Shown here piece by piece: positions 35,366 to 45,841 of a stretch of DNA of 64,000 nucleotides. Each line of letters opens with the position of its first letter. The first letter of the stretch is position 1. The notes beneath the pieces were generated by a model that ran no database searches, was not told where the DNA came from, and worked only from the letters and a program-made list of their open reading frames with translations. A program made the position numbers and the translations under genes. The DNA is from Lophium mytilinum (taxonomy: Eukaryota), in the NCBI GenBank assembly GCA_010093605.1, contig MU004191.1:41397-105396 (forward strand). Direction: 5' to 3'.

Positions 35366-36756
35366 TAGCGGTAGATTAGAGATCAAAACCGCAGCGTTTG
35401 AAATTCTGTGGAGTCTGCATACAGCTCAGTCTCCATTTTCTCAAACGCACAATCGGAAATTTCGAACGCATGGACACATCACAAAGTAGTGTGCTACGAT
35501 AGCTTGCAATATTCGTGGAGACGTCGCCTGAAACTTCAAGCATAATTCTTCACGTTAGTGCAGGTCAGGATTCCAGCCAATCAGACGGATGGAGCTGCCA
35601 AGCCGGAGTCTAGGAGATATATCTTGGTCACCTATCTCTAGGAACGGCGTGCAATGGAGTCTAGCAGTCGCGCGATTAGCATGCGGAAAGCCAGAACAAA
35701 ATAGCCAGCCAATTCATGATTTGCAATATCAGTAAGCAGAAGAGATTTCATCTAGTGAGCAAAACTGCCTCCTAGCTTGTCGAGGTTTTGAGATGTATTG
35801 TGAAGACTGTATTCCAGTTCAGCCGGGATGGCTTACACATCTTGCCAAGACTCTATTCTCCTAATGCGGGAATACTTCAATGTAATTTTCCTTCTGAGAG
35901 TACCCTTTCTAGTTTGCCTCACTGTTCTTGACGAGAGATGGGGCAGTCGGTTGATGACACTGACGCTGCGCTACCTGTTTAGAGAGGAATTTAACGGCGC
36001 CAGCGGCCGTCCATCGTTCGAGAGGATTATTTCGAGAACCACCCAAAAGCTAGTCTGATACGCGACTACGAAAGGGGTCCAGTAGCCAGTCACGCTAATG
36101 CCTATATCACTCCACGCCGGCCTGATCAGGACCCTTCAAGCAACTTCGGGGACATGTCGCTAGGGGGCAATGACAGCCCATCGACAAGCTCTAACAAAGT
36201 CGCCATACTAGGTCTCCTGTCAATGATTTGCGCATGTCTTTAGAATTATCTATGGTTGACGAACTCCTAAGTGTCCTACGCGCTGCTATTACAGGTGCAG
36301 AAAATACAAGGGCTAGCATCTACAGCATGCGGACCATTCTCTACACACGCGTACTCAAACTACGTTACAAGTCACTTTCGAGCGCAGAAAACATATCTGG
36401 CCGTACCTTGACGTATCCGCCGCGATGTTGTTGATCTTCATGCACGACCGGCCAAATTGGCCGTCGACAACTTTCGCCGCCAAACCCACCACGCAAGATC
36501 CAAAGGGCCCGGCGAAAATATGCTTCTCATAAAGAACTTGGCCGCATCTGAAACCTAAACATTTTCTAATCACAATCAAGCTTATTACAAATGCCCGGCA
36601 TTTCCAATCCCACTTCTACTCCACGGAAGCCGCTGCAGTACTTAGAGACATGCCACAGGAGCTACTTTGGAATCAATTCAAGCTCCTTACCACCCGAACT
36701 CGTCAATTCGGACCGTTTCTGTCGTTATCCCTAAGCTTTTTCGATAAGAAGTCATC

Positions 36757-38723
36757 ATGGGTCTCGAAACCAGCGACATGGCAGTTTCGAAGGATGTATC
36801 AAGTTCAGGGGATGTATCAGTTTCAGAAGAACCGAGAAATACTCTCAACGAGAGCGGGAGGACCATTCATGGCTTCCAGGTAAATATCAGCCTCCCCCCC
36901 CCTTCAGTACGCCCCGCTCTTTCTCTTCTGACATCGAGTTCCAACCAGTGGTTCCTAGTCTGCACCGCCCTATACGCGCTAGGCATCAATTACGGCCTCG
37001 ATGCCACCATCGCCGCCGACGTTCAAGTCGCCGTCATCAAGACCTTCGGCAATGTCGAGCAGATCTCATGGCTCGGCACCGGATTCCCGCTGGGCTCTGT
37101 CTGTGCAATTCTTCCCGTGTAAGTCCGCATTGTCTCCTATCCCTCAGTTGAGAAAGCTAATAGCAACCCCAGAGCATCGTTCTACGCCGTCTTGGACATC
37201 AAGGCCCTCTTCATCTCCAGCATCGTCCTCTTCGAAGTCGGCTCCGCACTCTGCGGCGCGTCCCCTAACATGAACGCCCTCATCGTTGGAAGAGTGCTCA
37301 CTGGGATTGGTGGAGCCGGAGTTTACATTGGGTGAGCCGCCTTGTCAAGATGCAAAAGCAAGTCCAGCTGACCCCGATGTATAGCCTCCTAAACTACATC
37401 ACCTTGTTGACTACCGCATTGGAACGCGGCCGGTACATGGGTGGCATCGGCTTCGTTTGGGGCATCGGAGCCATCCTCGGACCAGTCGTCGGAGGCGCTT
37501 TCTCATCTAGCGCGGCGACGTGGCGATGGGGTTTTTATATCAACCTGTCAGTCTCATACATCAATCTGCCCCCGGTGATACCCTAACGTTTTGCAAGAGT
37601 TCTCGCAGCCATATGCGCACCTGTGTTCTTCCTCTACCTTCCTTCCGCAACCCTACCCCAGGATTCAGGTACCAGCACGCTTGGGAAGCTCCGCCGGATG
37701 GACTGGGTCGGGTTCCTCCTCAGCACCGCGACCCTCGTCAGTCTTACGCTCGTCATCACCTTCGCCGGCACAACGTGGGCCTGGAGCGATTCGCGGACGA
37801 TAGCAACCTTCGTCGTGTCGGGGTTTCTCCTAATCCTCACCGCCCTCCAACAATCATATCTCCTCTTCACGACGGCCGAAACGCGCATGACGCCGGGAAC
37901 GCACGTCCTCGTCAACCGCTCCCTGAGCCTCACCGGCCTCGAGACCTTCGCCACCGCTATGAACATTTTCATCCCCCTTTACTACATCCCCCTCTACTTC
38001 CAGCTCGTTCACGGCGACACCGCCATCAAAGCCGCCGTGCGTCTACTGCCGTTTGTCCTGATCCTCGTGTCTACGAACATAGCTTCCGGGGCGCTGTTGC
38101 ATAGAATAAACTACTAGTAAGCCTCGTCCCAGGAGATTGTCGGGGAACATGCACTAACCCTGCTCCTAAGTTGGGCAATGTATCTCTTCACCGGCGTTTT
38201 CATGACCGTCGGCGGCGCTTTGATGACCACCGTCACAATCTCCAGTCCCGCTTCCGCATTATACGGCTACAGTGTCATCGTCGCCCTCGGGACCGGCCTG
38301 ACGTTCAACATCGGCTACTCGGTCGTGGGCATCAAAGCCGCGAAGAAGGGATGGTCGGGGAAAAACGTGCAGGATGCCGTGTCGCTGCAGAATATAGCGC
38401 AGACGGGCGGCACGCTGTTCTGCTTGTTGGCGCTGGGGCAGGTCTTCCAGAGCTTGGCGTACGAGAACCTTAAGAGCGTGCTAAGCGGCCAGGGGTTCTC
38501 GGATGCGGAGATACGGAGTGTCGTTGCAGGGACGCAGAGTGTCTTCTTTGGGTCGCTTGAAGAGGGGTTGAAAGAAGCGGCGACGAAGGCAATCACGGAG
38601 GCTGTGAGGAAGGTTTATTGGTTGAGCATGGCGGCGGGGGTGCTGTCTATTGTCTGTTCGTTGGCGATGAAGAAAGAACGGCTGTTTGAGGCTGCCGAGG
38701 TCGAGGCTGGGAGTGAGAAGTGA
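36757..38723 (+). CDS. MFS drug:H+ antiporter (DHA2/14-TMS type efflux pump); 6 exons
   Basis: Introns 36880-36948, 37119-37172, 37332-37384, 37547-37597, 38117-38170 give an intact frame with LDATI, FEVGSALCGASPNMNALIVGRVLTGIGGAG, GPVVGGAF..WRWGFYINL, DWVG, YYIPLYFQ. Confidence 0.92.
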
Positions 38724-39403
38724 TAGGTATCTCTATCGGAAGGCCTATGCACATCGTCCTGTAGGCCTGCTGTCTTTGTCGTCTGTGGTGGTTCAGGCTA
38801 GCGAGATGCCAGATCAATTAGATCCGCTAAGTAAGGGTAACCTAGATTAGTGGGGGCGTGTCGAAGCACGTCTAGTAGTTGGAGGTAGAGGCATACCAGA
38901 CGGTCGTCACCGCACTGTACAATATTCAGGTGGTGCGAATGCGAAACATAGCTTAATTCTCTATCTGGTCAGGCCAAGCGCCTTTCTCGCGGTCCTCTCT
39001 CGTGAACGTCATACTCCCCGGCAATGACACCGTGGCGATGATGGCTTCCTCCTCCTCTCTAATCCCCGTCTCATTTGGTACGCTCCTTAAGCGAGCTGTT
39101 AAGGGCCAAGCGATATTCTAGTGGCGGCGTTGTTGAAGGAGTCATCGACCGGAACATGAAATCTCACAGCGTATCCCCACACGAGGATTCTCTATCCATT
39201 GAATTTCGAGTGTGATATCGTCGATTCGATCTCATCCGTCGCGATGCCAAGGTGTATCCCGTCTCCGGGAGCGCGTCTCGTACCGGTGAGGCGCTTTGTG
39301 GCCGTATCTGTGGCTGGTCTGTCCGAGATTCCTCTATTTTGAGGCGCTTGGGTATGACAAACGGGAGGCATGAAAATTTATGTTCGTTTCTTCCAATTGA
39401 CCT

Positions 39404-40171
39404 TCACCCTTTTGCTCGTCTATTCCTCGTCATCTTTCGTCGCGGCTCTGATTTGCGTATCTTGTGTTCGGACACGCCTTTCTGCTGTGTTATACGTTGG
39501 CTCCGTCGAGGCCCAGATCGTTGCTTGGATGCCGTGTCTCGCTTAGTCGCTGCGGCGGCTCTTCGTCGTAGCCGTTGTGAGAGAGGGTCGATTTGAGATG
39601 TTGTGGGTGGGGAAGTGGGCGGAGTCGATGGTAGGAGATGAGACGGCGCAATCTTGGCGGGAGGCGAATGGAGCCGCGTAGCGTCCTCGTCAAGCATGGC
39701 TGACAACTCGAACTGCTGAACAGGCTTAAGGAACGGAAGCACGGGGGATTGCGATGGGGTTGGAGGTGGTTGCGGCCCGTACGACAAGACACCGCGCTCA
39801 TCAGGCGGTATGAACATGCTAAAATACTGCACAAGAGCGTCAAGAGATTTCGAGCGAAATAACCTCAGAGCGGTTGCCCAGTGGTCCGTGTCGCCTGGTA
39901 GGAGGGATGGCCGTCCGATAAGTTCGCAAGCTGTTGAGTCCAAGGCCTCATTGAGTTCCTGGAGGCGTGCAGCGCGACGCTCCTGGAGCCCGGTGTGGAA
40001 CTGATCCGCGTTTGCTGCATGTGTAGCAACATCAAGAACATCGTGGTAGAAAGCTTCGCGGTCCTGGATGGCGGATGGGAACGTATTGTACTGGTCGTGT
40101 AAAGTCGTGTAGAGGTCCTCTCGCTCGTGGCCAAACTTCCAAGCTGGCCACCTCGGCGTGGCTTCGTTCAT
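39404..40171 (-). CDS. Hypothetical protein: helical N-terminal domain plus Pro-rich/basic tail
   Basis: MNEATPRWPAWKFG..DLYTTLHDQYNT..IQD.EAFYHDV...FRSKSLDALVQYF, followed by a disordered Arg/Lys-rich tail; divergent from the kinase. Confidence 0.8.
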   Translation of the reverse strand: MNEATPRWPAWKFGHEREDLYTTLHDQYNTFPSAIQDREAFYHDVLDVATHAANADQFHTGLQERRAARLQELNEALDSTACELIGRPSLLPGDTDHWATALRLFRSKSLDALVQYFSMFIPPDERGVLSYGPQPPPTPSQSPVLPFLKPVQQFELSAMLDEDATRLHSPPAKIAPSHLLPSTPPTSPPTTSQIDPLSQRLRRRAAAATKRDTASKQRSGPRRSQRITQQKGVSEHKIRKSEPRRKMTRNRRAKG

Positions 40172-40474
40172 GATAAAGGCGTTGGCACCAATGGTGTGGT
40201 AGCTCACATGGACAATATAGAGATACTGATAGATGGAGTGGCGGACGAAGTGACGGGGATTCGGAAGGCCAAGAATCGTCGTCGGCGCGGAGAAACCCGA
40301 GTGCCGAGGAACCTCAAACGGCTGCCTGCTGGCTTGAAAACAACAACACACGTACAACGTCTGAAGAGAACCCGTGTACATTTAGCCAGTATTCATGTCA
40401 TGTATCTTCTAGTAAATACTGTTCTGTTATCATTTCTATGATGCATTGAAGGCCAACCTCTCCACCTCAATAAT

Positions 40475-42415
40475 ATGGCGACCAAAAATACAGGTCATCT
40501 CGATATTCCTCTACAGAAGCTACATATTGACAACCACCATCATTCCGAGGGTGTCAGAGTTATCATTCATCCAGCTCAAAGGGGCGTTGTCATTGATACT
40601 CCCGGGGATTGTCTTCGTATTGTTACTCTATATACCTACGGCACCGTCGTACGCGCCGTTCGTGTATTTGGTATTGCTCAAACGCCATCACAAGTCAAGT
40701 TTTCGCTTCGTCTGCGCCAAGATGGAGATATTTGTTCTCTTTGTGACGTTTACTACGACCATGGGAGCGACGGCTTAGTCCTTCGCAATACTTACCATTC
40801 TCCAATACGCATCAACTCCACATCTGCTTTCGCATCACTCGACGAGACATCCAGTCAACATCGAATAGAGCCCGATGATGCCCAGGTCATTGCTCCTGCA
40901 GTTTGGACACTGAGCGTCGAGGACTCACTCGTATTAGAATTCAGAATCTTGCCTCGTTTCCATCCCATCCTCCAGCTGCCAGAGCTTCCGACGCTACACC
41001 CCTCAACAAAGCCAAACAAATTGAAACGAGCCCGCTCACTGCCTGAAGATATTGAAACGCCCACATCTCAAATACGAATTAACCAGAAAGTTAAGACTCT
41101 TCACACTGAAGATGAAGGTGTTCTTTTGTATATACCTAGCAGTCAACGCGGGGACTCCTCGACAGCTTTGACTTCTCCTAGCCGCCACGTGCAGTCTCTT
41201 GCCGAGGGAGATAAATTGATCTTTCCTGGGGTCTGGGGTCATGATGAGTATTCCATCACAAAGCGGCGGCATGTTGCTTCTGCAGGACTCGCAGAGGTCT
41301 ATCACGCCAACCACAGCGAATTTGGCGAGTGTGTTGTCGTCAAAGCTCTGAAATCTCCAATATCGAAAACAGAATCACCGCAAGAGGTAGGAAGACGCGT
41401 CATTAGCCATGCGGATAGTTGGTTCCGGGAATTTGCTCTTCAGAAGGAACTCGATCACGTATGTAACCTATTTTCGATTTCCTTTACAGAGTGCGACGTT
41501 TTATTGATTTGTATACAGGACTCCATTGTCAAAATATACGGCGGTGATGCTCGGTACATGACGCTCTACCTAGAATACGTTCCGGCGAATGATTTGGCCA
41601 AGTCTGGAATCTGGCGAAATAGCGAAAACAACTTTGCGGGAACCAAAGACGACGCGTCTCAGATATGGAGCGAGATTGCTGGAGCGCTTGAATACGTGCA
41701 CGACAAAGGCATCGATCATAACGATATCAAGCCGTCCAATATCCTCTTCTCTCGGGAGCGTGGTGCCGTTCTTTGCGACTTTGGTCTCTCTTGCCTGACG
41801 GGATCCCAGCCCACCACGAATGGCGGCACGCCATACTACATCCCACCTGAATACCTTACCAGAACCCTCCGAGGACAACTTGCCGATATCTGGGCGTTCG
41901 GCATAACGATGTTGTACATTCTGGGGCATATACCTTTACCAGAAGCCAAGCACAAAGTACTCTATTGGCGCATTGCTGAAGTACACAGCCCAGCTCGGCC
42001 TGTGCGGACAACACAGCAGCCACGCCAACCTACTGCGGCAGACAAAATGCGAAGTTGGTTAAGCGAAATCGAGGAGACGAAGAAAAGTCTTGATATGACA
42101 GACTATAGCACGTTCATGCTCATTGACATGCTTGAACAAAATCCAGTGCGTCGTGTGATGGCTTCTGAGCTCCAGAAGCGCATTGTGTTCGAAAAGAAGC
42201 CCAAATACCGCGCTCGTATGAAAGAAAGATCCAATGACGAACAAGAAAATGATGGCGTTGATTTGCCAAGCTGGAGATCGTGGTCTCATGAAGGCTCTAC
42301 CACCGAAGAAAATACTGTTATAGTGACAAGCGACGCCAAAGTCATCGCTAAGCCGCCAGATCCGGGCCCTCCACTGCTACCTACGGAAGAGGAATGTACG
42401 TTGCCGCGGCCATAG
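40475..42415 (+). CDS. Divergent Ser/Thr protein kinase (non-RD) with long N-terminal domain; in-frame intron 41459-41518
   Basis: VVKAL, REFALQKELDH|DSIVK, LYLEY, HNDIKPSNIL, DFG, GGTPYYIPPE, DIWAFG; the 60-bp gtatgt...atacag intron is read through in the ORF track. Confidence 0.9.
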   Translation: MATKNTGHLDIPLQKLHIDNHHHSEGVRVIIHPAQRGVVIDTPGDCLRIVTLYTYGTVVRAVRVFGIAQTPSQVKFSLRLRQDGDICSLCDVYYDHGSDGLVLRNTYHSPIRINSTSAFASLDETSSQHRIEPDDAQVIAPAVWTLSVEDSLVLEFRILPRFHPILQLPELPTLHPSTKPNKLKRARSLPEDIETPTSQIRINQKVKTLHTEDEGVLLYIPSSQRGDSSTALTSPSRHVQSLAEGDKLIFPGVWGHDEYSITKRRHVASAGLAEVYHANHSEFGECVVVKALKSPISKTESPQEVGRRVISHADSWFREFALQKELDHVCNLFSISFTECDVLLICIQDSIVKIYGGDARYMTLYLEYVPANDLAKSGIWRNSENNFAGTKDDASQIWSEIAGALEYVHDKGIDHNDIKPSNILFSRERGAVLCDFGLSCLTGSQPTTNGGTPYYIPPEYLTRTLRGQLADIWAFGITMLYILGHIPLPEAKHKVLYWRIAEVHSPARPVRTTQQPRQPTAADKMRSWLSEIEETKKSLDMTDYSTFMLIDMLEQNPVRRVMASELQKRIVFEKKPKYRARMKERSNDEQENDGVDLPSWRSWSHEGSTTEENTVIVTSDAKVIAKPPDPGPPLLPTEEECTLPRP

Positions 42416-42811
42416 CCTACGATATCCGGCCATAAGTCTGGTCACAAGGATATCGCTCCTTGAGTGCCGGTTTTGCAAGCGGGTTGCCACTGTCAGGGGC
42501 GGTCCCACTGCGAGGATACCTCTTCGTCAAGAGGAAGCTTAGATTACGCCGTCTAAAACTTAGCATGACGCCTACAGTATCGTTATCCCATGGGAGTACT
42601 CTTTGCAATCGCGAATGAGTGTGCACAAATTTATGGCCGGTCACTATAACTGTAAACCTTTCAGTCCTCTTTAGAATCGGCCTTTGGCATTCCCTATCAG
42701 CTATCACAACCTCATTGCGATAGTTCTGTAAGAGCATCGCTCTCAGATCCGCTGGTCGCAGAGCTCTCAACAGCCTGTACCGCCACCAACACATTACTGC
42801 ATACTACCACT

Positions 42812-43513
42812 TTAAAGCTTCAAGGCCTCCCATTCCGCTCCCTTCGGCATGCCTAGATGGAACCGCCCCGTGACAGCCCACTCAAAGAGAAGCGACTTTT
42901 CGTCCGTGGCCTCAAACGCTAGAACCCTGCCACCAGCTCGCATCTGCTCCTCCGTCTGGTTACTCAGGTAGTAGCAGTTCACGCCCGCCACACTGATGCC
43001 AGCCGCCCACGTCGGACTGAAAACCCCAACTATCGTGCCTTGACACCCATTCAAGCAGAAGTCTTCCTGCTCCTCTTCTCCGACTGCCTTTTTCCCCCGC
43101 GCCATCTTCACCTCCCGAAAGTCCCCACGAATCAGAAACGGCATAAACGAGTTCGCGCCTCCCGAATCGCCCGCGCCCTTCGCATAAACGTGTTCCAAGA
43201 GCCAGGATGCATCGGCGCAACTGTTCACACCGTTTCTGAACCCCGTCCAGGACCTATGTTCTGCAACAAACTTAGTCATCTGCACGAACGAGATAGCGGC
43301 GTCGGAAGGGGCGCGCGTGAGCGAGTTTGCTGCGTCGAAACTCCACGCTACGTCGTCGATGAAGGCGAGGGGGAGACCGCTGGCGAGGATTCCGACGCCG
43401 TGGTTGCCGTAGCCGGAGAGGTTCGCGGGCGTGGGGCCAGCTGGGCTGGTGGGGTCGCCGATGGCGGCGGGGAGGGAGAATTGGAAGATGTCGTTGGGGA
43501 TGTGGGCGACCAT
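42812..43513 (-). CDS. Alpha-acetolactate decarboxylase-fold protein, degenerate active site
   Basis: IFQFS, GNHGVG, GTIVGVFSPTWAAGISVAG, GGRVLAF match the ALDC layout; the His-x-His and GGH zinc ligands are absent. Confidence 0.72.
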   Translation of the reverse strand: MVAHIPNDIFQFSLPAAIGDPTSPAGPTPANLSGYGNHGVGILASGLPLAFIDDVAWSFDAANSLTRAPSDAAISFVQMTKFVAEHRSWTGFRNGVNSCADASWLLEHVYAKGAGDSGGANSFMPFLIRGDFREVKMARGKKAVGEEEQEDFCLNGCQGTIVGVFSPTWAAGISVAGVNCYYLSNQTEEQMRAGGRVLAFEATDEKSLLFEWAVTGRFHLGMPKGAEWEALKL

Positions 43514-44058
43514 TTTGGAGGATTTGTGCAGGTGAGGCTGGCGGGAAGGGGTATTTTGGTATTGCGAAAACTTGAGGGCCTTGATTTCATGGCATGGTGC
43601 TTGGGCCACTCAGGTTTTTAGGTGGGCGACCGCGGAGATTTATTTAAGTTGTCGGTTTTTCGAGAATACGGAGGTCGCTCCGTCTATTCTCGGTGGTCCA
43701 GTCGTGACAGGACGCAGGGCTATTTCGGTGATTTTGAAGGATATTCGGCAGTCCAGACCACGATGGATAGTGATGGTGTTCCAAGATTGAGCCTGCCAGT
43801 AAGCGCCACTTTAACATACGTTCCATCTGGCAGAGACAATAAAGGTGCTAGGGCCTTTCATTAATAAGTATAAGCATCGAAATAGATGACGCCATGCATT
43901 ATGCCCATTCATGACCTCCTTACACCATCATTACAGCCCAGATTTTATACGAATCCCCAACGCCAACCCGATCCAATATCCCCACCCAATTTTTCCCAGC
44001 CGCAAGAACGCCCGTCAAATATCCCATCCCATCGCAATGCAATCTTGGTCAACTTGCT

Positions 44059-44478
44059 CTACGCCTCCCACCTCAGCTCCAAACTCCCCACCTCGTCCCT
44101 CTTCCCCACCTTCGGCACCTTCTTACCCCCTTCCAGGGTCCAGTTCTGCACCTGCATGCTATTCACGAAACTCTCGAGCTTCGTGCAGCCGGCCGTGACG
44201 TTCGCGACTTGGTAGCGCCGCGCGCCATTGCCAGCGCTCTTGCACTCCTTGCCCTCGATGAAGACGACGATGGTTCCTTCGTCGGTGGCGTTGGCGTCGA
44301 GTAGGAAGGAGCCCGGGGAGAACCACGAGTCCCAGGGTTGGCACTCGATGCCGCCGCCCAGGCCGGCCCAGTTGAGGTCGGTTTTGCAGTGGTCGTCGGA
44401 GTAGATGCGGACGTTGTGGGCGGTGGCGAGGAGGGGGAGGAGGGTCGTGAGGAACAGGGTGATGGGTTGGGGGAGCAT
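44059..44478 (-). CDS. Small secreted 4-Cys protein (effector candidate)
   Basis: Signal peptide MLPQPITLFLTTLLPLLATA, 139 aa, 4 Cys, KR site near the C-terminus, TATA-like cttatatta upstream (~44628-44636). Confidence 0.8.
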   Translation of the reverse strand: MLPQPITLFLTTLLPLLATAHNVRIYSDDHCKTDLNWAGLGGGIECQPWDSWFSPGSFLLDANATDEGTIVVFIEGKECKSAGNGARRYQVANVTAGCTKLESFVNSMQVQNWTLEGGKKVPKVGKRDEVGSLELRWEA

Positions 44479-45841
44479 GGTGGTGGTTTGGTAGTGGGTT
44501 CGTGAACCGGGTTCGATGGAGAAGATTTCGACGGAGAGGGTTTTCGATGTGGGTAGGGTATGGTATATGGATCGAGAGTGTTATAGCTACTCGGCGGATT
44601 CGAAACTGATGTGTGGGTTCGTTTGGTAATATAAGAGTCTTTTGGATCGTGATCGAATGATGGCGGGATGCTCGGATGCTCAGAACTCAAGAACACGAAA
44701 GGCTGTTCCGGATTAACGACAGCTTCAAGAAACACAGGACGTAGACGAATAAGTAGTTTGACAGTCTGACTAATAAACGCTCTCAAAACCCCCTCGCTGT
44801 GCCGCTCGCAAACTCTTTATACGCACTCACCTCATCGCCTCAGCCGTCCGTCGTGGCAAAACACTCGCCTGCACCAGCCATGCACCCGACACGACGCGCA
44901 TCCCGTCATCCTGCAGCATGGGCAACTCCCCAGTTTTTCCTCAGCAGCCGGGTGCCCGCCACTGGCCAGCAGCGTCCGCTGTCTCTGATACGGGCACTGT
45001 GCGGCGTGGAAACAAAAGGCGATGTCAGAAGCGCCGCTATTTTTAGGCGCTGGCTGCTTAGTAGGCCGAGCCGAATGCGGTAGGATAGGCGGAGCGTGGC
45101 AGGCGGGATCCCGGGATGGGCTGACGCCAGCGGATGACACGGGCGGGAGGCACGCGGGGAGGCCTGCGCGAGAGACACAGCCCTGTGGGTAGTAAGCAGA
45201 TCGTGTTATATAAAGGTGCGCATGTTCGGTGTGCAGACAGTGCCCAGGTATGCAGGCGGAGGGCAGTGTTCAGCCGCAAATGCTTTTCCGATGCGAGAAG
45301 TAGACCTAACGTCAATAGAGAAATACTCTAGGCTGCTTGGCTTTCTGGAACTCGATACGCAGGTCTCTGATGCTTGCTGTGTTTTGCATGGGCGGAGTGG
45401 GTATGTGAAACTTGCTGCGAGCATGGGGCACGCGAGGTGCTGTGCCTTGCTACGGATTTGTGCGGAGCAAGAACAGCGATCTTGACTGAAACCGGCGATA
45501 TGGAGCGACTAGTTCAAACGTCTGTGGATCGAGTTTGCTAATCAGATGTGCTTGTGAGGAAACAGGGCCGTAAAGCTCCTTGTCATAAACCACGTTAAGG
45601 AGAGAGGATACCAGGTTCGAACTAGAAAGAATGCTGTAAGGCCGCCAGTTGTGGGAAAAGGACTGCAGCGAGCTGCAGAATGAAGCTTGGGCATTCCAAA
45701 GTATGATTCGACTCTATTGGACGTTCGCATTACGGACGTATCTCAATGCTTCTACAAACTACAGTACGGAGATCGATTCAATTTTCCCTCCTCGCCTCGT
45801 CCGTTCGCTTTTCTTTTCTCTTTCCAGTCCAATCATCCGCA

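Noticed and set aside
40172..40381. N-terminal 70 aa of the 325-aa track ORF
   Set aside because: Not protein-like and occupies the shared promoter; ATG 40171 is the better start
33904..44478. Secondary-metabolite gene cluster
   Set aside because: TF and MFS pump are present, but no PKS, NRPS, terpene synthase or tailoring enzymes
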